DNA of 63,338 nt, filler included, from Octopus bimaculoides (taxonomy: Eukaryota), in assembly GCF_001194135.2 (NCBI RefSeq). It is 4 parts of 4 records of this genome, joined end to end, with 100 filler letters (N's around TTAATTAATTAA, not from the genome) between each part and the next. Parts side by side here need not be neighbours in the genome. Positions count along the whole stretch, not along the records: positions 14,665 to 43,032 come from NC_068999.1; positions 43,133 to 56,233 come from NC_069001.1; 2 more parts are not named here. One strand, written 5' to 3'. Positions 37,682 to 51,504 of the stretch are shown here, piece after piece (the first letter of the stretch is position 1; every line of letters starts with the position of its first letter). The position numbers and the translations under genes were made by a program. The notes beneath the pieces are model-generated. The model worked only from the letters and a program-made list of their open reading frames with translations. It made no database searches and was not told the DNA's origin.

Positions 37682-38177
37682 GCAGCAATCTCGCAGAACC
37701 ATTAGCATGCTGGGAAAAAATGCTTAGTAGTATTTCATCCTCTTCATATTCAGAGTTCAGATTCTTATTTCTTTATTGCCCACAAGGGGCTAGACATAGA
37801 GGGGACAAACAAGGACAGACAAAGGGATTAAGTCGATTACATTGTCCCCAGTGCGTAACTGGTACTTAATTTATCAACCCCGAAAGGATGAAAGGCAAAG
37901 TAGACCTTGGCGGAATTTGAACTCAGAATGTAACGGCAGACGAAATACCTATTTCTTAACTGCCCACAAGGGGCTACACACAGAGGGGACAAACAAGGAC
38001 AGACAAATGGATTAAGTCGATTATATCGACCCCAGTGCGTAACTGGTACTTAATTTATCGACCCCGAAAGGATGAAAGGCAAAGTCGACCTCTGCGGAAT
38101 TTGAACTCAGAACGCAGTGGCAGACGAAATACCGCTAAGCATTTCGCCTGGCGTGCTAACGTTTCTGCCAGCTCGTC
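37682..38177. mobile_element. SINE-A head (+) interrupted by a minus-strand SINE-A with duplicated body
   Basis: Two ~183-bp units (37766-37949, 37950-38131) followed by a single head (38132-38177). Confidence 0.88.
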
Positions 38178-38415
38178 TGCTTCAGTATGGTTTCTATAGA
38201 GAGATTCACTTGCTCACTCGTTGGTTGGTTGGTTGGTTCAGTCACAGACTTGGTTTTCGTTGAAATTTCCATTTTCAGCACATTTTCTTTTCCCATGGCT
38301 GGATGTACCTCCTGTTGCCAATCAAGCTGGAGTACATTTTAGTTTATCTCATTGTGGCACAAATGCTACAGAGTTGCTCATATCCTTGGCAAGACTTAAG
38401 AACTCTCTCTCTCTT

Positions 38416-38453
<38 letters not shown>

Positions 38454-38870
38454 CTAATGTTTCTTTTTGTATGTTCGCCTGCACCAGGGAGAGTCGACCA
38501 TTCTCCGACTTGGAGAAGGGAGAGTGATGGAAAAAGATGTCCCGAGTGAGAAGTGATAGAAAAGGAGTAACTGAAAGAGCCAGTGATATAGGGGTGGGTG
38601 GTAGGGAGGGAGAGAGGGGTTGACATAGAGTTGTGTTGATTGTTCGTGGCGATTCAACAGGAATGTGATGGTGGGAGAGAGTGGAGGCGAGAATGCTGAA
38701 TGAAGAACCATCAACAGAGAGAAAATAGCTATGTGTGATGAATAACAAAGATGATTGATGGTAAAGGAGTGAGTGATGGATGTCAATCATAACAAGAGAA
38801 GTATATTTTATGTGTATACTTACATGTTATGTATATGCATGCATATTGGAATTGTGTGTATATACACACA

Positions 38871-38909
<39 letters not shown>

Positions 38910-40725
38910 ACTTGTATGTTTCTCCCTGTCATTCATATTACTATCAAGCACATTAGAAATGAATGGACAGTATGTTGGCCATTCATGTCCAGTTTATTAT
39001 TATTTATTATTATTATTATTATTATTGTTGTTGTTGTTGTTCTTCAAAGTATTAGTTTACATCTACGAGTCCCTCCCCATTGTTTGCATATTGAGTTGTT
39101 TCTTGTAGTGTATTGTATTGTTCAGTCGGACTAGTTATTCTCCTTGCACCTGGCTGCATTTGCTGTCACCGATCGCTCGGCCGTGTAATAGCTATGGAAC
39201 GATTACTTATATATTTATTTTTTTAATCAGCCAAGCAAACCACAGCCGCAAGCAGTTAATATGCAATACAAGCCAGAACACAATACAAAGAATGTAGTAA
39301 TTGTAGTAAGATGGTTGGATTAGTAGAACTTGTTGAGTGTTGCATAAAATACCTTGTGGTGATTGGATTATGTTTCTTTGTGTTCTGAATTCCACTTGCT
39401 TTGTTACCTCCTAGGCCTACTTTACTGTGTTTTTAGGTTTGTTGAGGTCTGTCTCTTCCTCTCTTTATACATGTGTGTGTCTATAATATATATATATATA
39501 TATATATATCTCATTGTTTAACATCTTCTTTCCATGGGTTTCATAGATAGCCAGCAGCTGACCAGGCAGGAACCTGCACCATGCTTCTGTGTCTGTTTTG
39601 GCAGGGTCTTTATGACCGGGTGCCCTTCCTAACTCCAACCACAATGCAGTATCTGTATATACTTGCGTACAGGCTTTTCATTTTCCAGCTAGTCCTCTTC
39701 CAGCTCACAGCTGCGGGATCAAATGAGACTTATGACTGTCGTTATTATTGCTGAAGTATGACCATCTCTGTTGGCGCAAAATGTCAGCATGTGTCCATCT
39801 GAAATTGCACTGTATTGCTGCGATTTTCATGATGAACACCAAGACAGCTGATGCAAAACCTGTTCCTGCAATGTTAGGGCTTAAGGCCCTAGCCTTTTTT
39901 TTCTAGGGACCTGCTATCAGCGAAGCTCAGCAGCTGCCTCCCCCATGGTATTCTTACAGTAAACCAGGGGCCAACCTTGAATTTCTAACTCTTGCCAGTA
40001 TGTATGTACGTAGGGGCAGGCGTGGTAGTGTGGTAAGAAGCTAGCTTCCCAACCGCATGGTTCTTGTGCTCTACAAAAGTATAGGGCAACCCACCAGACC
40101 AATGTAGAATAATCTCTATGAAAATGAACACACACCACACACACACGCACACACACACGCACACACACACGCACACGCACACGCACACGCACACGCACAC
40201 TTAATTATGCTTTTGTCTGGATTAAACCATATCTCTGGTGGAATTACTTTGTACTTTATTTGTTCTTAGAGGCTATTTTTCCCACAGCCAACACCAGCAT
40301 CATAATTATCATCACTATCATCATTGTTTAGTTTGTGTTGTGCATGCACCTCTCTCTCTCCCTCTCTCATACTCTTCCTCACACTCTCTCCTCCGCTCTC
40401 TTCGTGACATTGTTATTGATTTTGTGACTGGCTGCTGCTGTTCCTGTTTGTTGACAGACCTTTCCTAGAATTACTTAATTGTCTGAAATGTGTTATGTGA
40501 CTTGTAATAAATCACTTATGTTAATGACCCATGATTTTAGAAACAAGCAACGCCATAAAAAAACCCCAAAACTTAAAAGGTCATGCAACATTTTTTTGTC
40601 TTTTGTTAGTAATCCATGCCGAGAATGAAGCTTGTTTGATACCCCAAATGTGCCATTCTCATCACTTTCTTTCCTACCTCATCTGGCTACTACCAATCTC
40701 TCTGTCTGTTTGTCTCTCTCTCTGT

Positions 40726-41075
40726 CCATCATTGTCTGCCCGCCTCCCTCTCCGTCTGCCCGCCTCCCTCTCCGTCTGCCCGCCTCNNNNNNNNNNNNNN
40801 NNNNNNNNNNNNNNNNNNNNNNNNNNNNNNNNNNNNNNNNNNNNNNNNNNNNNNNNNNNNNNNNNNNNNNNNNNNNNNNNNNNNNNNNNNNNNNNNNNNN
40901 NNNNNNNNNNNNNNNNNNNNNNNNNNNNNNNNNNNNNNNNNNNNNNNNNNNNNNNNNNNNNNNNNNNNNNNNNNNNNNNNNNNNNNNNNNNNNNNNNNNN
41001 NNNNNNNNNNNNNNNNNNNNNNNNNNNNNNNNNNNNNNNNNNNNNNNNNNNNNNNNNNNNNNNNTGTCTGCCCGC
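40726..41075. repeat. 20-bp minisatellite (tctgcccgcctccctctccg) running into a gap
   Basis: Two to three visible units before the N run and a partial unit after it. Confidence 0.75.
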
Positions 41076-41864
41076 CCCCTTCTGTCTGTCCACCTCTCTG
41101 TCTCTTTCTCTCTCTGTCTCTTTCCCTTTCTTTCTCTGTCTCTTTCTCTGTCTGTCTGTCTGTCTCTCTCTACCCTCTCTCTCTTCCTGTCTGTCTTGCT
41201 CTGCCCTCTCCCCTACATGCTTACATATAGGCCTATTAATATTAAAGAATAACTTTCTAACTTTTCAGTTAAACTCTTTACCATTGAATCCGGCCATGCC
41301 CAGCCCAAATATTCTCCCTCTCTTTTACGGAAGCTGACCAGTTCTAGCCATTCACACTTACCCTACAATGTTAGTCTAAAAATAATCACATCCTCAAAAT
41401 CTCAAAGCCACAAGTTAATACATGATTAACTTAAAAAAATGTGAATAAACAGCCATTACATTTGGCAAAGTAATCTGAATGCTTAAACAGTTAATGAAAA
41501 CAGTCACCTAATTACACATGCATACAGACACACTGTCTTCTAGTTGTTTTTATTTGTTAAACTGTTACAACCATTGTAAACAACATATTTATTATTGTCG
41601 GAATATTTTTTGTTGGGATGAGCCCAAGTTAATGAGAGAGTGTACGTGACCAGAAATAAAATTATCATGATTTTGTGTGCCCTCAAGCCTGTCACCACAC
41701 CCATGCTCTGTGAGCTGGCCTAAGTCAACATGTGAATAAACATTCCGTTGCCTACATGCTTTCATTGGCCTAGGGTTATATCCACACTCCCACACACCCC
41801 ACCCCTCCTCCATCAGGTAATCTGAACTTGCTGTGTGTTGGGAAAATACATCTGTGAAAACTTT

Positions 41865-42257
41865 GTTGTTGTTGTTGGCACTCCGTCGCTTACGACGTCG
41901 AGGGTTCCAGTTGATCCAATCAACGGAACAGCCTGCTCGTGAAATTAACGTGCAAGTGGCTGAGTACTCCACAGACACGTGCTAACCTTAACGTAGTTCT
42001 CGGGGATATTCAGCGTGACACAGTGTGACAAGGCTGACCCTTTGAATTACAGGCACAACAGAAACAAGAAGAAAGAGTGAGAGAAAGTTATGGTGGAAGA
42101 GTACAGCAGGGTTCGCCACCATCACCTGCCGGAGCCTCGTGGAGCTTTAGGTGTTTTCGCTCAATAAACACTCACAACGCCCGGTCTGGGAATCGAAACC
42201 GCGATCCTATGACCACGAATCTGCTGCCCTAACCACTGGGCCATTGCGCCTCCACTC
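41865..42257 (-). mobile_element. Young SINE family C copy with 10-bp TSD
   Basis: Near-identical reverse complement of the 31277 copy. TGAAAACTTT at 41855-41864 and 42258-42267. Confidence 0.93.
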
Positions 42258-42456
42258 TGAAAACTTTACTGAATAGCTGAATTTAATCCTTTAGCCTTCA
42301 CATTATTCTATCAAATGTAATTTCTATTATTCAAATCGCTTTGAATTAATAATGCATTATTTTGTAGCTTTGAGATTTTCATGAGGTAACTTAACTTTCA
42401 GAATGACATTGCAGGGGAGGTGCAAGAGGCACATCCACATGCATGCACATATGCGT

Positions 42457-42501
<45 letters not shown>

Positions 42502-43032
42502 TGATGGACTTTTAAGTTTCTGTCTTCCAAATCCACTCACAAGGTTTTGATCTGCTTGGGGCTATAGTAAACATTTTCTCGAGGTTCCACACATTGGAAT
42601 TGAACCCTAAACTATGTGGTTAAGAAGCAAACTTAGCATATAGCTATGCCTGCATAATTATTACCCATCTCAAGAACCGCTGGATGGATTTGGTTGAAAC
42701 TTTCAGGGATGTTTGGCCTTGTGACTGGCATGAACTGATTAGGGGCCATTTGAGAATTACATGAGCTGGCCATGGATGGATATATTGCATATAGTAGGAT
42801 GCCTATGATAGGATCAACTATGAGCTGTTGGCCATCTTGTTGGCAGTGTGACAAAACTGTTGCTTTCAATATATCAGAGCCAAACCGTTGTTGCTTCTAA
42901 AAGAATATTAAGTATTTTTTTTTCCTATGCTACAAAAATTTGCTGTTGATCTTAGAAACAAGATTTAAAATTAGAATTTAGAGTGATAACTATCATTATT
43001 ATTCGTTCTCAAACTCCTTCTCCTTCTCCTAC

Positions 43033-43132
43033 NNNNNNNNNNNNNNNNNNNNNNNNNNNNNNNNNNNNNNNNNNNNTTAATTAATTAANNNNNNNNNNNN
43101 NNNNNNNNNNNNNNNNNNNNNNNNNNNNNNNN
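43033..43132. other. Artificial assembly spacer
   Basis: 44 N + TTAATTAATTAA (43077-43088) + 44 N. Confidence 0.93.
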
Positions 43133-43881
43133 GTGTCACCCACACGAAGGCCAGTCAGGCGGTACTGGCAACGGCCACGCTCAAAATGGTGTATTTTATG
43201 TGCCACCTGCACAACAGCCAGTTTATACATACATATATATATATACATATATATATATATTTATATATATATATATATTAGGTATGTATATATATATTCA
43301 TATTCATATGTAGATATGTCTATATGTTTGCCTGTCGAGATGTGTGTGTGTGTGTGTGTAACTGAAACCTGTCATTTTTTTTTTATTCAGCATTTACATA
43401 AAGGAAATGAATTTCTCACTGCTTTTGGAATTCCTTATCTCATCGTCTATGTAATATATTTAATACAAATTCATTTTATTATTTATTTAACTGACACTTT
43501 GACATTGACTTCACCTATACAACCCTCGTCCAACCTGTTTAGCAAACATTCATATCTTCACTAAAGGTTGAAAAACCTCAATCAGAAGATGATACTTCGA
43601 GGTCACCGATATTCTCTTTCTCTCTCTCTCTCTCTTCACATACACACTCATACACACACATATTTAAATACATATAGACATGTATATATGTATGAAAGAT
43701 CGTATATACATGTGTGATAATATATGTGTGAGTTTGAGTATATGTATAGACAGACGGACTGACAGACAGACAGACAGATAGATAAGCCTGCGTACGTATA
43801 TTCACACACACTTATATACGCAAATACAGATATACATATGTTTGAGTGATACAAGTGTGTGTATATATATGTCTATACATT

Positions 43882-43918
<37 letters not shown>

Positions 43919-44194
43919 CACACATATATACACTCACACACATAACATATAAATATAATACATATTTACTTATCTATCTATCTNNNNNNNNNNNNNNNNN
44001 NNNNNNNNNNNNNNNNNNNNNNNNNNNNNNNNNNNNNNNNNNNNNNNNNNNNNNNNNNNNNNNNNNNNNNNNNNNNNNNNNNNNNNNNNNNNNNNNNNNN
44101 NNNNNNNNNNNNNNNNNNNNNNNNNNNNNNNNNNNNNNNNNNNNNNNNNNNNNNNNNNNNNNNNNNNNNNNNNNNNNNNNNNNNNNNNNNNNNN

Positions 44195-44238
<44 letters not shown>

Positions 44239-44858
44239 GAATGCATATATGAGTATGAGTATTTTGTATGTTTTTACAGGTGTGTGTATTCATATGTATG
44301 TGTGTGTGTGTGTATAATATTTATGTATGCATATACACATATATATATATTGTAATGATATAAATACATAGATATATGCCTGCTTGTTGGTAAGTTTGCA
44401 GACAAGTTACGAACTTCAGACCTTTTATTCAACAACTGAGAAAGCCTACATACTATCATCACACTTTAGTCGACAAACACCGCAATACACACACACACAC
44501 ACATACACACACATACACACTACGACTCATACACATGCACAAACGCACAGGAACATATACACACAAGCACACACACAAACACAAACACACACCCAGACAC
44601 AAATACACACACACACACACCTACACACGTATACATACACAAACATACTCACACGCAGAGCGTCGAATGGCTAAACTGCATTAAGCGGAAGTGATCAATC
44701 TGCACTTTACAGATCACATGACAGGCTGGAAGCTTTAAATATTGATTATTTTTGTTGTTTAATTTTCAAATGAAAACAACTTTCGGAAGGAAATCCTTAA
44801 GCTGACATTGAGTTCATAGTGTCGGGCTGTGGGCTAAGTGTATCGATTACACTTAATA

Positions 44859-45110
44859 TTATGAAACTGAATCAAACACTAGTTCTTGAAATGAGAGGAA
44901 ATTGCTATCGATTTCTTGCCACTTTTGCACCAGGTCGAAAAATTTATAATATGCGGTCTGTATTTCCGTACTCGATTTAATTCGAGTTCCCTCAGTCGTT
45001 TCTTGTTGGTGATTGGTTCTTGTACTTATACGAACGTTTGAGGGAGGTTTTAGTAGGTTGGTGGACTTTCTAAAGATACTAGTTGCAAACCTTCCTCGAA
45101 CTACGGCTAA
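44859..45110 (-). CDS. Candidate terminal coding exon, unidentified protein
   Basis: Long polypyrimidine acceptor tattttcttcttttttcactgtcag|. Only phase 0 is open: 83 aa LAVVRGRF...QELVFDSVS then TAA. No homology recognised. Confidence 0.4.
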   Translation of the reverse strand, partial: LAVVRGRFATSIFRKSTNLLKPPSNVRISTRTNHQQETTEGTRIKSSTEIQTAYYKFFDLVQKWQEIDSNFLSFQELVFDSVS

Positions 45111-45194
45111 CTGACAGTGAAAAAAGAAGAAAATAGACATCTTGTATAACGGAATTTTGTTTACAGCAATTATGGCTGCTTAAAAGAAGGGCAT

Positions 45195-45443
45195 CTAACT
45201 AGCAGAATCGTTAGCTTTGCAGCATTTCATCCGTCTTTATGTTCTGAGTTCAAATTCCACTGAGGTCAACTTTAATTTTTTTCATCGTTTCGGGGTCAAT
45301 GCAATAAGTACCAGTTGAACACTGGAATCGATGTAACCGACCTAGCACCTTGGTATGGTGCTAACGTTAGGGGCATTTAACAAACCAACACTGGTTGTCA
45401 GTTGCTTCTGGAAGGTGGTGGGTACAATCAGAATCACATACAT

Positions 45444-45497
<54 letters not shown>

Positions 45498-46191
45498 TCC
45501 AAGTCTATCGTAGAATACATGGTGAGCAGTAAGATTGAACACGGAACGACGTGGTTGCAAAACAAGCATCTTAACCACACAAGCATGCCTGCACAGAATA
45601 TTTTTTAATTTCTTCAATTCTGTTTCCTACTCTGAATATCTACACACAACCATACATATACTAACAGCATACATACGCATAAATATATACACGCATGCAT
45701 ACATACGTACATACATACATTCATGTATATATGAGTATGTATATATGTATGTGTGTGTACCAAAACTAATTAAACATTAGCTATTAATTATGAAATAGAA
45801 ATGGTAAATAATTTCGAAGTGATCATAATAATGTTGATTAAATTCATGGGATTCCATGTATAAATGATTTGTACATGGAATTTCATGCATTAAATTATTA
45901 TATTTGATAATAACTTGGATATGATTTATCATTTAATTCCAATAACTAATGTATATATAAAGCGGCGGATGATAGAATCGTTATTGCGCCAGGAAAACTG
46001 TTTGGCGGAATTTCGTCCGTCCTGACGTTCTGAGATCAAATCCGACTGCCATTCTTTCACTTTTTCGGGGTCGATAAAATAAGTACCCGTTGAACACTGG
46101 GGTAGAAGTAACTAAATTGCCCCTTTCCCCAAAATTGCTGGCCTTGTATAAAAATGTACCAAAATTTGTAATCAATAATTAATGTGTATAC

Positions 46192-46229
<38 letters not shown>

Positions 46230-47465
46230 GGAGAGACAGACAGACAGACAGAGGCGCAAGCATGGCTATGTGGTTAAGAAGCATGTTTGGTAACCACGTG
46301 GTTTCCAGTTCAGTTCTAGTCTGCGGTATCTTAACAAGTGTCTTTTACCATAGCTCCAGACTGACCTCTTCTTTGTATGTGAATTTGGTATACAAAAAAA
46401 ATAATTGGAAACGCTTCGTGTGTGCGTATCGCCACGTTGGACCGTTGAACCGTGTCAAATTAAGCGGTTCGACAAAAGAGAACAATAGAATAAGTACCAG
46501 ACTGAATAACAATAAGTACTAGGGTCGATTTATTCGACTAAACTCTTCAAGTAATGCCCCAGTATGGCCATAGTACATTGACGGATATGGATAAAAGATT
46601 TTTAAAAAAGCAACAGATACCAAACTAAACATTGGTTCCACACGATTATATTCTTGTTGATCTTTAATGCATTCGTTCTGTTTGGTTGTAAATATCTTAT
46701 AGTAATGACTGGACTACTACAAAACTGGTGTTCGTTTGTGTTATGTTGTTTTGTCAATAATTGCATTAGTCTTATTCAAATCTTTCATATTTAAGCTAAC
46801 ATCATTTAAATGACGAAAGAACAGTTTCTTTATATTTGTATAAAGCTTGAATCGTCAGTAATTAAAGAAATGAAAATAATTAGGATTTAATCATCTGAAT
46901 AGTCTGTTCTTAGAACTAAGGTTACTTAAAACAGGAGAAGGTTATGAACGATGAGAACTAGGATCGAGTTCGAGAGGTGGTAGCAGATCGTTTGGATACA
47001 TACATATATNNNNNNNNNNNNNNNNNNNNNNNNNNNNNNNNNNNNNNNNNNNNNNNNNTATATATATATATATACTCTCACGAAGCATTGGTCAGTCGAA
47101 GACTATCGTAGATAACGAGCAGTGGGATTGAACACGGAACAACCTAGCTGCAAATCAAGCTTCTTAACCACACAAGCACGCCTGCGCAAAATATTTTAAA
47201 ATTTCTTCAAATCTGTTTCCTAGACTGAACATATACACACGATCATACATATGCTAACAGTATACATACATACACAGACACAGACACACACACACACACA
47301 CATTTCTGCTCTAGGCACAAGGCCCGAAATTTTGGGGGAGGAGGACCAGTCATTTAGATCGGCCTCAGTACGCAACTGGTACTTAATTTATCGACCCCAA
47401 AAGGATGAAAGGCAAAGTCGACCTCGGCGGAATTTCAACTCAGAACGTAAAGACAGACGAAATCA
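45195..47465. mobile_element. Three SINE-A copies: ~45195-45340 (+), ~45960-46165 (+), ~47305-47465 (-)
   Basis: Family A motifs gcagaatcgttagc, gagttcaaattcc, cggggtcgataaa, gtaccagtt. Confidence 0.8.
46250..46600 (+). mobile_element. Older SINE-B copy. Further degenerate copies near 27540-27685(-), 28505-28620(+), 33700-33900(+), 42490-42650(-), 57527-57880(+), 62946-63110(+)
   Basis: Shared motifs ggctgtgtggttaagaag, gttcagtcccact, gaataagtaccag. Confidence 0.75.
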
Positions 47466-47865
47466 CGTCAGTTAAGAGGACCGCTTCGATAGAAAGCCGT
47501 CGACAGAAAGACCACAAAACGATGCACATCCTCCGTTGATGACCCCAGAATCTTACTGGCATCAGGTATTCGGTGCTTTTGATTCACAGAACTTCTACCA
47601 ACAAGCTGTTTGTAAGTCTTAAACAGGTGTTCGGTTTTTTGTAGTACTGTTTCGTCACTAATTACATTAGTCGAATTTAAAATTTTCATATTTAAACTGA
47701 CATCTCTTTAAATTAGAAGAAAGCATTTACTTTCTATTTGTATATATCTTGAATCACCAGTAATTAACTGAACGGAAACAATTAGCATTTATCTATAAGT
47801 ATACTCTTGCCTTATAACTAAATGAAGTCACCATATATCTCTGTGTGTTTGTGTGTATATATACA

Positions 47866-47919
<54 letters not shown>

Positions 47920-48077
47920 NNNNNNNNNNNNNNNNNNNNNNNNNNNNNNNNNNNNNNNNNNNNNNNNNNNNNNNNNNNNNNNNNNNNNNNNNNNNNNNNN
48001 NNNNNNNNNNNNNNNNNNNNNNNNNNNNNNNNNNNNNNNNNNNNNNNNNNNNNNNNNNNNNNNNNNNNNNNNNNNNN

Positions 48078-48126
<49 letters not shown>

Positions 48127-48398
48127 TTCTCTCTAATGTGTATTAAGTCCACCTTAATACAACATCCTTACGCTTCATTCAAGCTACTTACATTTCAGAG
48201 ATAAGCCAGCCAAAGAGAGAAAAATGGGAAGTCTTTCAAATGATACTCGAATTATGTTCCAAATCACCAACATCGTCATCATCATCATCATCATCATCAT
48301 TATTGTAAAGATTATCATTAGCATCATCATCATCATAGTCGTTGTCATTATCATCAACGTCATCGTCATTCTTACTATTATTATTATTATTATTATTA

Positions 48399-48430
<32 letters not shown>

Positions 48431-48821
48431 TTATTATTTCCATCATCATCGTCGTCATCATTATCGCTATTATTATCGCCGTCATCATCATCATCACATC
48501 ATCATTAATTTCATATATATATATACGTGNNNNNNNNNNNNNNNNNNNNNNNNNNNNNNNNNNNNNNNNNNNNNNNNNNNNNNNNNNNNNNNNNNNNNNN
48601 NNNNNNNNNNNNNNNNNNNNNNNNNNNNNNNNNNNNNNNNNNNNNNNNNNNNNNNNNNNNNNNNNNNNNATATATATATATATATTTATGTGTGTGTGTG
48701 TATATATATATATATTTATGTGTGTGTGTGTATATATATATATTTATGTGTGTGTGTGTATATATATATATTTATGCGCCTGTGTGTATAAATGTCTTTA
48801 TACACACATGTATGTATACAC

Positions 48822-48867
<46 letters not shown>

Positions 48868-48909
48868 GCACACATATAGATATATATATATATAAATGCA
48901 CACATATAG

Positions 48910-48950
<41 letters not shown>

Positions 48951-49250
48951 AAACACCTCGAGGTTCATAAGTAATTTTCCATTTAGGAGAATATTAAGAT
49001 TTCAAAAGCGAACTGCTTTTCACCGCGCAAGAAGTATTAGGACTGCCAAGATAAGATACAAGTGTAGAAAGAAACCTTTTCAGTGTGCAAACACAAAAGT
49101 AAAAAAATACAAAATCCAAGCAAAATACGTTACATAGTAAGTAGAATTCTTAAACGCACTTCTACGTCTTTATTCGCAGGTTTGTGTCACAAAAAACTGC
49201 TATTTCATACTCGTATGTGTTATATATGTGAACGCGTGTTTGCTATGATC

Positions 49251-50286
49251 ATTATTATTATTGAGTGAGAGAACAGCATATGCCATCAAAGTGATACTGG
49301 AGTACAAATGTACGAAACCCAATATAACCACCATGACTACTCGTCTGATAGGTGTACACCAGGCACATGTATCTCAACAATATGTGTGCAACAGGGTGAT
49401 TTGGCGAAGCCCATTGAGTAGCCGATCCCGCTCTTGAATAAGGGTCGTTGAAGGATGTTGAACGAAACACCCAGAAAATCCCTCTCAACACATGGCTATG
49501 ATGCTTCCCCACTACTCCTGCTCGTGATCAGAGATGCACATATCGTCAGCCAGCAAGGGACATGCTCAACTAGTTAAGGTCAAGAAACTGACAAGCAAAT
49601 CTGTGGTATTGGGCAGAATATTTGCTGTAGCCTATCTCTTACACCAAAACAAAACATATATATGATAACACTTCCAATCAGTTAAGATCAAATGCCATGT
49701 AAGCCATTGCCTGGTATTGCATCAAGGCATTATTATTATTGAGTGAGAGAGAGCAATGCATGCCATCGAAGCGACACTGGGGTACAAATATACGAATCCC
49801 AATATACCCATCGTGACTACGTGTCTGATAAAGGTATACCAGGCACGTGCATCACAACCATGTGTCCGCGACATGGTGATCTCATATCAAGATAACCCGC
49901 GCATGACCACGCAAGTGGAGCTCAGTTAGAATTTTCTTCAGTTTGAATAGCCCATCCCGCTCAAAAGGTCCCTAAATAAGGTTTGTTTAACGATGATGAA
50001 CAAACACTCATGTTTCTAGAGGTGAATTATTCAAACCCCAAATAATTCTCCGCAACACTTGACTATGATGCTCCCCCACTACCCCTGCACGTGATCAGAG
50101 ATGAATATATCGTCAGCCACTAAGGGACATGCTTAACTGGTTAAGGTCAAACAACTGGCAAGCAAATGTGTGGTACGGAGCAGAAAATTTGCTGTAGACC
50201 ATCTTTTATACCAAGACAAAACAATGCACATGATAACACTTCCAATCAGTTAAGATCAGAAGCCGTAAGAGGTACTGCCTAGAGCT
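49251..50286 (-). mobile_element. Two head-to-tail copies of a ~480-555-bp (TAA)n-tailed interspersed element
   Basis: Both begin (plus strand) attattattattgagtgagaga and share gtgatcagagatg, atatcgtcagcca, gataacacttccaatcagttaagatca. Copy 1 (49251-49729) has internal deletions. Confidence 0.8.
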
Positions 50287-51504
50287 GTTTATTTGTGTTT
50301 TCAAACCGCTCCTCGAAACGCTGGCTTCGGTTGCATAAAACATTTTTCTTGGATGCTTTCTTTTTTTTTTTTTTCCTTTTCCTTTCAAACGGAAATATTC
50401 TGTTGAACATTTGAAATGGAAAATACGAACGCATACGGAAGTATGACAATAAAAACTTATTTTTTTCTTTTGTTTTGTTTTTCTTTTTAATAATTTCATT
50501 TCTCTAGATTAGAAAAAGAAACATGAATTCTTGTCAAATATGTCGTCACTTTATACAAGCATCACTTTCCGTACGAAAGAATATTGTTAAACAGAACAAA
50601 ACAACTCTTAGCGGCAGAAAATAAGACACAAAATCCTAACCTACAACAAACATTAACGAACGCACAAATTTACTAATTGTAGAGAATGAAAAAGAAAAAT
50701 AACACCTCAACAAAGCATTGCAGACAACAGAAATAATACTCACACACATACATGTACTTTATCAAACGAATAGATTCACTGTCTTTAAATAAATAAATAC
50801 AAAATATAGCCATCTGTTGTCATATTCAATGTATACATATTGACGATAGGCCTCGGGACATATCCTGCGAAAACTGGCGAACGACAGAATGGATGGAGAG
50901 AGAGAGACAGAGAGAGACAGACAGACAGACTGATAAATAGATAAAAAGATAAATAGATAAATAATCAGACAGACAAAGAGGGATAGAGAGATATAGCGAC
51001 AGACAGGCAGATTATTAGACAGACAGACAAAGAGAGAGAAAGGGAGACAGACAGACAGACAGACAAATAAACAGACATACAGAGAGAGAATGACAGATAG
51101 ATAGATAGATAGATACGACGATGAGTGTTCCGGTTGATCCGATCAACGGAACAGCTTACTCGTCGTGAAATTAAAATGCAAGTGGGTGAGCACTCCACAG
51201 ACACGTGTTTCCTTAACATAGTTCTCAGGGAGAATCAGCGTGACACAGAATGTGACAAGGCTGCTCCTTTGAATTACAGACACAATTCATCTTTGCCAGC
51301 TGAATGGAGTGGTGCCACGGTGAAATGAAGTCTCTTGCTCAAGGACACAACGCGCCGTCGGGAATAGAACTCATGACCTTACGAACCTGAAGCGAATGCC
51401 CTAACCACTAAGCCACGTGCCTTCACACACTCATATGTATGTATGTATTGGAGGAATTTTGGGATCCTTTCTCTTGAATAATCTAATATGAGAAGCATTT
51501 TAAC

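Noticed and set aside
37766-38131. Tandem direct repeats considered as a CRISPR-like array
   Set aside because: Units are whole SINE bodies with no unique spacers; eukaryotic context and no cas genes.
49500-50105. TGATCACG and GTAGTGGGG(G)A motifs in the (TAA)-tailed element resembling two parts of U1 snRNA
   Set aside because: Two short motifs only, internal to the element, with no U1 5' end or Sm site; probably chance. An Rfam cmscan would settle it.
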